Assembly: GCA_036172245.1 (NCBI GenBank)
Contig: JAYWIR010000010.1
Location: 124,001-188,000, forward strand
Direction: 5' to 3'
DNA: 64,000 nucleotides
Source: Raillietiella orientalis
Taxonomy: Eukaryota
Shown here: positions 11,507 to 22,597 of the stretch, piece by piece
How positions within the stretch are numbered: position 1 is the stretch's first letter
Layout of the letters: the number at the start of each line of letters is the position of its first letter
Notes under the pieces: model-generated
The model's input: the letters and a program-made list of their open reading frames with translations, nothing else
Told to the model about the DNA's origin: nothing
Databases searched by the model: none
Program-made: the position numbers and the translations under genes

Positions 11507-12240
11507 TTATCACCCGGATATGCCGGGGCATTTATTAACAAAAAAAACTTACAAACATTTTAAGACAAGGCCAAGATTATGTTTTTCGTGGTAGAATACT
11601 TGGTTTTACCACGCTTGGGAGACTTGTCATCAACCGGTACTAAGACCGGTGAGGTCCTCTCCAACGGCGAAGGGGAAGGGAAAAGCCAAAAAAACAAAAA
11701 GAATCAAAAAGGGGAGGAGGATGTTTCTTCGGGGAGGGGAGGGCAGGGAATGGATCACTGTTCGCCTGGATTGGTGGTCCTCTGCATCCTGTTCAGGATG
11801 CTGACAAGTGCTGCTCTTGTACTATTACGGTGGCGGGGCCACCTTGCGGCGGTCTCCAAGAAGATTGCCGTCTAGTGGATGGCGCTCCTGCTTTTTTGGT
11901 CTCTTCTTTTTGCCTTCCACCTGGCCAGGATGCCACGTGCGCAGCAGAGAACTGCCTAGAGACGCGGCGGGGAGCAGGGCATCACGCATGAAGAGGCGCC
12001 GGAAAATGTCTTTAGGGTCGCCTAATGGAACATTCAGGATAGACGAGAGTCGATCCCAAAGTTCAACGAGGGCGACACACTCTATTAGGAGATGCGGGAA
12101 GGTTTCCCTTCCGCTGCACTCTGCACAACAGGCATCCACACTTCCAGGTGTCCAGTGAGAGAGGAGTGCTCTGCTGAGGATTCCCCAATGCAAGAAGAGC
12201 AACACCGTCTCATGCCACTTCTTGGGAAGGGTGCCACTAC
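11507..12240 (-). mobile_element. 5'-truncated L1/Tx1-like copy (zinc-finger C-terminus plus 3' UTR)
   Basis: SGTLPKKWHETVLLFLHWGILSRALLSHW..CAECSGRETFPHLLIECVALVELWDRLSS aligns with 380-700. The 3' UTR and the AATAAA-GCCCCGGC..CCGGGTGA terminus are conserved with 845-1115. Confidence 0.88.
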
Positions 12241-13036
12241 CCTAACACGCTGTGTGTTAATAACGTCACGGTGATGTTGATAACGTTGACCCCAACCATT
12301 TTTCTTCCCGCAGGCAAACACACAAACTTGAATGGTTACGAACTTGAGCTTCACCTCCTGCTGCAACAAAACCAGAACATGATCTTCTTACGCTATGAGA
12401 ACGGCTTGGGTACGACGCTCGTGCAAACAAAGAAAATTCACATGTACCAAAATTTTGTACGAGTAAGCTTGCATTGCTTTTATTTTATGATGATGATGTG
12501 GAGCTTTGACACAATTTTTTGCGAGGGAAAGTGCATGCAGACTGATTACGGTAGCACGATTTTTCATAGGAAGGATTCGAATCGTGTTCAGGTGTCCGAA
12601 TTGGGGAAAGAAAGCTCTTGAGAAAGATCTCAAGTGCACATCCATGTTGTTGACCAATAAGAAGTAATAATCAGTAGTCGGCTATGAAGGAAACGACCAA
12701 GCACATTGCTGCTAATGTTTTTGGATGTCTTCTTGTAAGATTAAGGTGAGCATTTAATGATGTGGAACTGGCTATAAAATTTCCTCCAACAGCAAGATTT
12801 GTGTGCAAGGATCCCAACTTGCTTCCGCCATCCCCATGTATTGATGAAACACTCTAGTGTTATGCTCAATCTTGTTGCAAGCAATTATTGTTTTTCCCTT
12901 TCAAAGAGAAAAAAGTATCTCGGAATCAGTCAATTAATCAAGCAAGGGATCAATTAAATAAATCACTCAATTATAACGGAGTCTCCTATCAATGGAATGT
13001 GATTTTGTAAACGCTTGAAAGTCTTGTGGTCAAGGC

Positions 13037-13100
13037 GATAATCAGAGAAATGTGTAGGGAACATAAATGTTTACAAATTATGTAGGAGCACTTAATACTC
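13037..13100 (+). repeat. ~65-bp dispersed repeat, copy 2
   Basis: Direct match to 8950-9015. It is followed by a weak RT-like remnant (VISGHLQG..TLF, ~13270-13330). Confidence 0.75.
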
Positions 13101-15809
13101 ATAAATAAGAATTTGTGGTAATATCAGCATAATGATACGATATGGGAGGAGCCCTGAGTGATGATAAAAGTGGAATGCAAGTAACGAAACTGCACCTTGA
13201 AAACTTGATATCAAGCTAGTGCTTTCGACTAATTAAAGACGAACTAATTCCTGGAAGAGGCCATTTTATGCTACGGGTCATCTCAGGTCATCTCCAGGGT
13301 AGGTCAAGGAATCCACTCTGTTCTTAAGGATGGAAGAAGCAAATCTACCTGGCTTGTGGATACCTACACCATGACAAAATAAGCATGATAATCTCTACGA
13401 ATATTTGTCAACTATAGGAAAAAAGAATTTTGAAGCCAACTTTTTTTCCTGCGTTCTGAGCATGTTTTGGATTTTGAATGATTTTGCTCCTGATACTTTT
13501 CTTTGACGGATTCAAATATAAATTTTCAAATATGAAGTGTATTTGAAAAATTTCATTGACAGTACACCCCCTATGATAAAATAAACAACTAATATGTGGA
13601 TTAATCGGTGCTTATATATGTTGAAACTTAAAAAGTTCCGAATAATAATACTGAACCAAATACACCAATATGACTAATGGGAGATATATTTCTGAAGGAA
13701 AGAAACTTTTTATCGTGTACAGAGTTTGGGATAGTGAAGGAAAGAAGGGAGAGACGAATTTTAAGTGTCTGATGTAGAAAATCAAAACAGAGATGAAAGT
13801 CATAAACGAGAGTGTTATTTGGAAGTTTCTGCACCTTCAAAATTATATGTTAGTGAGCATATGATGCATGGTCATGTGGTAATGGGTATCACTAAATGCC
13901 ACTTTCACAATGGAAGGACAAATATATCTCAAATAAAAATCCCTCCATGAGACTGTAATGTACTGCTCCCTTCAATCAGGATTTTCCCTTTCTTTCCGCC
14001 GAAATGCAAACGGGAAAATGCTTCGTAAATGGAAATCTCTTTCACCAAGAGCTGATTAGGCATTCAGAAACTCCAAGTCTAAGAACAAGAGATTGGAACA
14101 TGGCGAAATTTTCTGGAGAAAATTTCTGAATCCAGTTCTTGGGAACAGAGGCAAAAGTGGAGGAGTACATCAGGGATGAGAGTGTTCCAAATATGAGATT
14201 AGGAAACAAAGTGGAAAAAATTGTATCGTCATTCAAGTATTCCATGCTTAGAACATGAACTGTGCGAGCCCGTGTAATGGTCACTTGAAAAAAAAAAGGA
14301 CGATGTATATTTGTGGTATGTATACTGACTTCTACGTCTTTGAGGTGAGCAACTCATGCCAACATACAGTACAGCATAGAGTACAGAGAAAACAAACTTG
14401 AAATTACAGCATTATTATAGGAATCTGTCACCATGAGGGATGAGATAAGGAACAAACTATTAGGATCCTAACTGCGAAAATCATAGCATAAAACGACATT
14501 TCCTTCTTTTTTCCTCGAAGAAGAATTTTACCGTTCCTCTAAAAATAGCCCGAGGGGAAGTAATTGAAATCAAGCAAGGTTCTGTGCCTAAATGAAATAA
14601 GAAAATTTTCGGCAAAAGGACACTAATTTCTGAAAAATTATCATTTCCCCAAATCAGTAATTGGATTCTGTTCATGATATTAACAACAAAAAAAAAAAAT
14701 GGGCATTTAAGAATGTGATTTAAGAATCTGGAAACGTTCAATAGCTTATAAAGATTATATAGCACGTGAACTACTATTCAAAAGAGTAACGTTTGTTCTC
14801 AACTGACGTGGTAATTTTGATGATGCACAGCAAAGCCCGGTGACAGGGATGAGTTGATTTAATACACTCTGTAAGGACTTCCGGTTTCTCCAAACCCATC
14901 ATTTCGAACACTTCTTATTCCTGTCATTCACTTTCCATTCCATGAAATGACGGCGATTTTCCAATTTATTAATTTTCACCCCAATTATTTTAGCTCCCAT
15001 GCACTGAGCTGTTGCTGCAGCGCCTCGTTGAAAACCGCACGGCTCGATTCCCCCTCTCTCGCCCCCCACCCAACACCACCCCACACGGGTAACGGGAATC
15101 GGACCCCTTGTCTTCACCTTCGAACTGCTCCCAGAAACATTGGCAGCATCTCTTTGATCTCCATCGCATTTTTTCTCGAGCTCTATCTTTGGGCATCGTG
15201 GAAATCAGACATTGCTTATTGCTTTCTAGAACAGGGATGCGGGATGCTGGTGTACAATACGCAGTACACCGAGGACGTATAACGATCGGTTTCTGTTATC
15301 CTTGGGTAATTTGAACACTAATTTGATTTTATTATTCTTATTATGCAGCATGTTTCCAAATCAGTCATAAGGTGTGAGAGGTACCTCTGTTTCACAGCAC
15401 ATGGTTTCAAATTGATTTTTTAACTACATTGGCTTTTTTTTAAAAAAATAAAAATAAAAATAGAAAATACTCTTTCATTTCTTCTTTCCTTCCTTTTTGG
15501 ACTATAGAAAGATTCTCGCGACATGTCGGGGGGAAAGGAGGGGGGGGGATGGGATTTTATATAGAAATCTAAATAAATTCTTTGAGTTCGTTGCTTGTTT
15601 GTTTTTTGATGATAGTTCTAAGGATTTGAATTCCTATTTCGTTCCACTGACCGAATATTAATACTGGGTGATATCTAGGATCCTTGTGCCACTGCTGGAG
15701 GAAACAAACGGCTCATTACGTATTTCGTTTTAGACAGGGAATTTTCCTTTGCTCGTGCGGAAGTCAGTAGTGCTTGTGTTGGCTGATGCTCAACTCAATC
15801 CACAAGAGC

Positions 15810-16036
15810 TCACTTCTCAGAACAGAAGAACACTTCTTCCTGCTCCTTGCAGGTCTCACAGCGCACGTCGCAGCACCATTCGAACTTACATTCGCAGGTG
15901 CCGGTTTTGGGCACCACCTTTGAACTGACCAGGAGACCGCAAGAAACACAAAGATGTTTACAGCTTCGTTTCTCGGATCTTTTTACGTCGGGTCCTTTTT
16001 CCATCGAACACTTTCTTCCGACGGTGCCTTTAAAAT
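15810..16036 (-). CDS. Wnt8: Wnt8-like, exon 8 (last coding exon)
   Basis: ttttccag acceptor at 16037. DFKGTVGRKC..EKRSCKHLCVSCGLLV..CECKFEWCCDVRCETC..FFCSEK*; the RSCxxLCxxCGLxV signature is typical of the Wnt8 subfamily. Confidence 0.93.
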
Positions 16037-16096
16037 CTGGAAAAATCGTAGGTTTGGTTGAGATAGCATTCAGCTTGTCGCGCAGAGTAAACAAAC

Positions 16097-16272
16097 CTGT
16101 TGTAGCATTGGCAAGACAATAATCCGGAGAATTCTCCAGGAAAAATAGAGATTCCTTAGATAAGGAATGAGAAGTCCAGCTACTCCTTCCATTAGGAATG
16201 CCTCGAGAGCGGCGAAAATTCCCTGACGTGGGAGAATGATTGAATTCGATTATCCCATTATGAGTGTCCACC
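16097..16272 (-). CDS. Wnt8: Wnt8-like, exon 7
   Basis: ttcttccgtag acceptor; ..ESLFFLENSPDYCLANATT; GT donor at 16096. Phases 2/1 are consistent with neighbouring exons. Confidence 0.9.
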
Positions 16273-16730
16273 CTACGGAAGAAGAATGCGTCGTTCTGAC
16301 GTGTCCGTCAAGAACCAATATGTTTGTCCCTGCACTGCGCGTTATTCTTATCGTACGTAACAGTAAACTGCTAAGGTACTCTTCGGACGGTACTTTAAGT
16401 CATCGGCCGCTCGATAGGTCATATCTTGATTTCATTTACGAGGCTTGCCGAGTGCGCCTTCTAGAATTCCCCGAAAATTCTTGGGAAATCCACGCGGCGC
16501 TTCCATTAGCTTTCATTTGTTTCACTGTGACCTGACCGCTTTTCCGAAAAGGAAATTCGGTCGCAGCTGAGGAAGGGACTCGGAACCCGTGAATTACGTC
16601 GGTGATTGCTGACATTTTCCCGGGGGCGGACAACTCGAAAAGCAAAAGATGTTCGTTTAAAGCGGCAAGGAAAGCGAAAATCTTCCCAATTTTTCTTTTT
16701 TTTTTTTTGTTTTTCAGGATCCTCATTCAC

Positions 16731-16870
16731 CTTTCTGACTTCCTGTACTGTCTTTTTAAGAAGTTGCCGACTCTACGAAATTCTGCGAGCTGCATCCAGC
16801 AAGTCCGTATTCCGCAGCTTCCAGACATGCCGTGGCATTTGCACATCCTCCTTAGCGTTCTGCGAACCGC
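16731..16870 (-). CDS. Wnt8: Wnt8-like, exon 6
   Basis: [39 protein letters not shown] contains the Wnt signature CKCHGxSGSC with the acylated Ser. cag acceptor at 16871, gtgaat donor at 16730. Confidence 0.95.
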
Positions 16871-16920
16871 CTGATCATTTGACAGTTCATCATGAAAGAG
16901 AATTCTACATTTTGGCTTAC

Positions 16921-17060
16921 TATTCTTCCAGCATTGATATTATGGGAATACGACTGAGCCTGGATATCCTGGCCGGATTCCATGGAATCCAAAAACTGCC
17001 TCGATATCTCTTCTCCAAAATCAATGTTGTCGGTGCATCCGGTCAATTTCCAATGTCTAC
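16921..17060 (-). CDS. Wnt8: Wnt8-like, exon 5
   Basis: (G)[32 protein letters not shown]; ttgtag acceptor at 17061, gtaagc donor at 16920 (50-nt intron). Confidence 0.92.
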
Positions 17061-17699
17061 CTACAATCCAGTTTTAGGTTGAGAAATACATAGATTTTTT
17101 TATACATTTGGGTCGCGTAGAATATACGCTAAAACGGGAAATAATGGGTGTACTGCGAATAGATACCGACTGACTGTTCAAGATGGAAGAAATTATTTGA
17201 AAGTTAATTATTGGATGAAAGCAACCAGAGCAATAAACTCATTATCAGTAGAACCCCCGAAGGATTTCCGTGTCCTTCATGAGATTCGAAATAGACATGA
17301 TGGTCACTGGGAAAATCATCATAAGCAACCACCCGTATCTTAAGTCTGCAGATGAGGAAGTATACTCAATGGAAAATGCATTTCCAGCTTAAATGTTGAT
17401 CTTGCTGTTTTAAGCTGGTGCATTTTTTTTCTTTCTCTCCCTTTTCGAAGGGCGATATTCATTTTGTAGGCATTCTGGAGCGTTGAGGTGTCTTTGAAAT
17501 GGTTCGCTCAACCCATTTCGATCCTCAATGAAGCTAACAAACACGTGGATCCGTTTGTAGTCTGTATCCCATTTCTACTCGTTACGTCCCCATTACAAAA
17601 CGTAAGGGGTAAGAGAGCGCCTAATTACCGACTGCCAATATGAAGGATGCAAAATTTGGGACCCCCAAACAACGACAACGCCCGACTGAGTTCAGTGTT

Positions 17700-19530
17700 C
17701 CCGATTCTCACTTTCGTAACAACCGCGAGAGATCCCGGATTGATAATTTTCCGGAACCCATCCGGAATTCGGGTTCTCTGATCGCAACAGCACCCGCGGC
17801 CGTGGATTTCTCGGGCAGACTGGCTCTCTCTCTGGGAGCATCTGTTGCGAATGTCTCGATCTTGTCTCTTGGATACATCGCACTGCAATTCACGGCAACA
17901 TCCCGAGTGGCAATCGAACACATGGGAAGCGGATTTTTGATTGCACACTTCGGTTGCCCTTCGGAATCTTGTTGTGGACAATTTCTGAGAACAGCCACAG
18001 GGTTTCGCTCTGCGACCGTTAAGATTGGAGCTCGTTCGCGAACACAACTGGTCAGCGCACATTCGCCAGGCATCAAGTGTTCCGAGCTGTTCTTGCTTTC
18101 TCTTGGAAATCAGCTGACGGATGCGGAAGTATCTCCAAGCTCATGAATCAGTCAGTTCTGCGGATAGCATCTATAGTTCAAGAAGAGGAAGAAGCCTTTT
18201 CTTTCAGCACGAGAAATCTCATCGAGCAAACCCGTATGAAAATTTGAAGATTCCTGATCCCTGGAACCATTTCCTTTCTGGTCCAGTATACAGTGATCAG
18301 TGCATCAATCTGGGAATCGATTCAGCAAGATGCAACTGAAACAGACGAAGACAAAAGCGGCTGAGATTATTTTCTCGATTTTTTTTCATTTAAGACTTTC
18401 AGGTCGTTCTCCCGTGATCTTTTTGATTTCGGCAATCTGAAGGTTTTGCAAGCGGATGCATTGTGTGTGACGTACATAAAAAGTCAGCGGAGATGAATTC
18501 GGATCTGTGTATCACTCGAAACGCAATGATCGACGTCTGAAGCGTTCTTGATTTCAGATTCTGAAATCGGATGCCTTCGAAGGAGCAGCTCGGATTTCTA
18601 ACAGAGGTAGTCTGAAGATTCCAAAAGGCTCTCTCCAGCGACCGCGAGCGTTTCATTCCCCCACTCCCACACGAACCCGCCCCGGTGTACCCGGGTGGCA
18701 ACTCCCACACGAATTGGCCATGCAGAAGATTTCTAGAACCAAGCGCGACAGATGCCATCCGCGGGTTGTCTTCATGGCCACACATCTCGAATTCGTTTCT
18801 GGTGCTTTTTCGCCCGCCACTTGGAGTGAGGATTCGATGAGCAATCCAGCTCATTGCACGAGAAGAACGCACGCATGATCGTCGGCTCATTCGTCCTTGT
18901 CGTCGACTTGAGCACGTGCTTCGCGACTTTCTGCCTGAGCTGCTCAGCCGTGTGTGAGTTGCTTGACCTATCCTGACTTGAGTGTCTGTGCCATCCACCT
19001 CCTGAAGCAAAGTCTCGCAGCACGGTGCTGAATGCAAACGGAGGAATGGTGTGACCTATCAATCACATGTGTGATGCCCTGCGTTTTGAGGCCTTGAGTG
19101 GCACACGTAACACACAATGGAGGCACGTTTTGCACACTCTCCCTTGTTCCTTCCTTGCTCGCGTCACTCGATCCATCCGTTCTTGGTCGAGTTGTATCCA
19201 TTCCGTCAAACGAAGGCGATGGTCACACTTCAAGTGCGATTTCCAGTGGCTCAGGCAAACCAGACAGTTCCGAGGTCGGGACATCCCATCGGTTTCCAGA
19301 GTGGATTGCAGGAGCTGGAATGAAGATCTTCCAGCTGAAACACCTGTCGCAGAAACTCTTTGGATGCCAAAGAGGCATCTGCTTTATCGTCCTCTCAGCT
19401 CGTCCGTGGAAGGTGTCTTCCGCTTCACGTTGCTACTCGCGTTTCCACGTCGACGGTACAAACTTCCGCGCTGATCAGAGATCGGCAAGCGTCAAGTGTT
19501 CCAAGCTGTTCTTGCTTTCTCTTCGGCATT
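17700..19530 (-). mobile_element. Decayed retroelement fragments in Wnt8 intron 4, possibly Penelope-like
   Basis: A ~40-bp block is duplicated (18070-18110 vs 19490-19530, aagtgttcc(g/a)agctgttcttgctttctctt). Minus-strand remnants DV..SAMYP, PMGCP, RNGY and KVAKHV recall Penelope RT/GIY-YIG motifs but are weak. Confidence 0.3.
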
Positions 19531-20359
19531 GCAGATCTCAGCCTGCATTGTCTCTTCGCTGTTCTTCCCCCTCTAAGGGAAAAAAGAAAAAAGGAGCAAT
19601 CGAAAGGAAAAACAAAAAAACAAAAAACAAACAAATCCGGGCTTTGGAGCCTTTCCTCATCGACAGTAGCAACATCAAAGGAATGAAGAATTAAGTGCGT
19701 ACGTTTCAGGCAGATGTCACTGGCGTGATTCAGTGCAGGAGCTCGGAGGAGAAACCCGTGAGATCCAAGCGCGAATGGAAACTGCCTGCCTGCCCGATTT
19801 CTTCTTCGGGGAAGGAAATGCGTCATCTGCCCGCCGGCCTGGCTTAACCACCCGGCAGTTGTTGTCGTCCTCCGCTGTGAAGCAGCCGCAAGCGCGCCTT
19901 CCCGTTCGCTCTGCCACCTTCCGCAGGATGTTCGACCTGCGGGGGGGAGGGCTGTTGTCCCCGAGTGGGGGCCTTGATGCTAGGGAGAGCTCGCGCGGCT
20001 ACAGTCCGGGCCGCTGTCGCTTCTCGGCGCGCAGCACTGCCGATGATTCGTAGCGCTTCCTCTTAGCAGGAGTGGGGTCTCAGAGAACCCCCGAACGGTT
20101 TTTCCGTCTACCCTCGAACGCATTGCGCACTCGGGCTGGCCTTCTTCCCCACCCCTTCCTCCTCCTCCAGGACTTCAACCATCATCTTGTGTCTTCCCCT
20201 TGACCTGTTTGCTTGCTTGTTTCACAAAAGGACAGTACGACCTCACTGGGGCATCTTCTTACTATCGACCTAGGATGTTAGACATCTCTTCGAGCTCTCC
20301 TGTTTTTTTCCTGCTTTCCTCCTAGCCTTTTTTTCCTTTTTCCATGTATTCTTTTTTCT

Positions 20360-21060
20360 TTTTGGTTCTCCGAGAGTGCTGAGGAACCGCTCGCCTCCTC
20401 ACGGGGAGCTCAAGGGACTCTTTAAGCACCGTGCACGCCATCCGAGGGTGCTCGCAACTCCTCAAGAGTTGGGAAACACCCCTGGGGGCACCCTATGAAT
20501 CTGGGAAGGGCTCCAGAGGAAGGAGTCCGTTCCTTTCTTACGCTTGGGAGGGGAGCCCCGAAGGGAACCACCCTTCCTTGTTCTCTCCAGAGGGACCTCC
20601 AAGAAGGAGCCGCTACTCATTTCTTCCCTGAAGGGAACCCGGCAATTTTCCGGTTTTGAATTTCCTCTCTGAAGAGAACCCGCTCCTGGTTTCCTCGTCT
20701 GAAAGGAATCCCGAAGGGATGCTTCCCGATTTCCCTGAAGAACAGCTTCCTGAAGGGTACAGAGCGTTTCTTGATACTCTGGAGAGGCAATCACCAAGGG
20801 GGCTTTATTTTTACGACCGGGGAAGAACACGGAAGGACTTCTTGATTCCTGGAAGCATCCCGGATGGCCGGATTGCACATGGGCGTCCGGGGGTCCTGCC
20901 TTCCACTAGTGCTGCCACATCCGAACAGACCAGACAGCGTTATGCTGCTGTGGGGAACTCGAAACCCACAACACGCCCTCCTTCGCTCAGCACTGACCCT
21001 TCCCCTGCGGGACTCGAACCCGCGACGAGCAGCTGCGCGTGTGCGGAGGTCGCCGACAAG
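20360..21060 (-). mobile_element. tRNA-headed SINE-like repeat, copy A
   Basis: B-box GGTTCGAGTCC at 21020-21010. Body block (gcagcataacgctg..ctagtggaagg) is shared with 43987 and 54123/54525; 3' block (gtgcttaaagag..ggagaacca plus A-rich tail) is shared with 52010-52085. Confidence 0.65.
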
Positions 21061-22277
21061 GTCGGCTTTCGACGGCCTGTTTGTTTGGCTCTGACAAGAG
21101 GGACGGCTGCGAGGCGCACGCGCCTCTGGACATCGGGTATGTTCTGCAGCCCCGCCCACCGAACCCTCGCCCCTTTCACTCCTTCAACTGAAGCGAGGAC
21201 GGCCGGAGATGCAGACGCCTCCCTCCGACGAATGACCGTCCCTCGTGACCGAGAGCCGGGACGCGGACTTCGAGGGAGGAGGAGGGCATTGAAGACGCGA
21301 CCCCCCTTCCCCCTCCAGGAGGGAGGTCCCTCTCGTCCGTCCGCGCACCTCTCACCGCCTCCGCGAATTCCGACAAAGCAAGTCGGCGCTTGTTTACCGA
21401 CGGCGCGTCACCTGCGCGCGCGGCCCCCACCCCCGACTCCCCCCTTCCTCCTCCACGTCGCGGCCCCCGGCTTCTCATTAGTGTGAAGCGTTTCCCTTCC
21501 CTCCTGGGTTGCAAAAGAGGAGGAAGCGATCACTTATCGGTTATTTCCTCACTGTGGTCCACAGAAATTCTTCTTCCCCGCTGATGACGGCTCCGCGCTC
21601 TCGGGGCAGGAGGGAGGCTTCTTCCTCTCCACGCCCCTTCCTCCCACGAGGGCGACTTTCTCCAGCATCCGTCCTCCCGCGGTCGCTGCCACCTCCTCCT
21701 TCCCTCCCTTCCTCCGTCCCGACTCCCCCGGGGACAGACAGGCTCGCTCGCTCGCCCTCGCAAAACTGATTCCGGGCACGTGCCGGAAGCGCTTTGAGCA
21801 CGCCTGCGCCGAGTGACCGGGGCCGGAGGCGCGACCGTTGAAGAAACGCGGAAGAGGGGAGGAGGTCCCCCCCCATTCCCCGAGAATAAGCCCGGGCGAG
21901 AGCGCCAGCTCCAAGGAAGAAGAGCGATGGCAGCGCCGCCCGCCTGCGGTCCACCCTGCCGGATGCCCAGAAGGGGAAATGGCATACCGGTGTAGGAATG
22001 TCGCCGAGGGCGGAGGGGGGAGCGAAGAGGCACCGGCTTTTACTCCTTTTTTTTTCCAGCAAGCCAGGCTTTGGAACACTCCGGAGGACAGAGTCGTCCG
22101 CCCGGAAGGTCCTTCGGGAGCCGGCCGTCTGTTCCACCGATTCGGAAGTCGCCAAACGGGCCAGGCACCCCTTGCATTCGCAACGCGACCCCGACTTCAC
22201 CTCCACGCAGACTGGCGGGGGGAGGCGGGCAACGGATGCCCGTGGGGAGCAAGGAAGGGTCAGCGCAGCGCCCAGAC

Positions 22278-22423
22278 CGTCTCTCAGGGAGGTCCTCTTC
22301 TGCTGGCACTTGCAGGTGATGAAGTCCCCGCGGCTGCAGTTCTTTGCCAGGGTGTGGGTCACCGCCGCCGAGGTTATGGCTTGGACGAACGCCTTCTCCT
22401 TCGTTGGCAGGCTGATCCCCTCC
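22278..22423 (-). CDS. Wnt8: Wnt8-like, exon 4 (alternative in-frame acceptor would start at 22411)
   Basis: LPTKEKAFVQAITSAAVTHTLAKNCSRGDFITCKC matches the Wnt8-type xxKNCSxGDF. GT donor at 22277 (phase 1) matches exon 5. Confidence 0.9.
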
Positions 22424-22481
22424 CTTCGGGCAGAGCACGCGCATGGGTCACGGGGTCGTTGAGCGGGGGGTGGCGCCTTAC

Positions 22482-22597
22482 TCTCTCCTGAAGCTGGATG
22501 GAGGGCAGTTCCACCTGTGCCATTTGAACTGGTACTTGCACTCCTCCGCGCCGATCTGCATCCCGATGGCCACGCTCTCTGTCAGCAGGACGCTCCC
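22482..22597 (-). CDS. Wnt8: Wnt8-like, exon 3
   Basis: ttctctttccag acceptor; GSVLLTESVAIGMQIGAEECKYQFKWHRWNCPP; gtaagg donor at 22481. Confidence 0.95.

Noticed and set aside
20995..21060. tRNA genes at the B-box sites (also 29097, 43930)
   Set aside because: No complete cloverleaf or acceptor stem; each is embedded in the same longer repeat, so they are treated as SINE heads.
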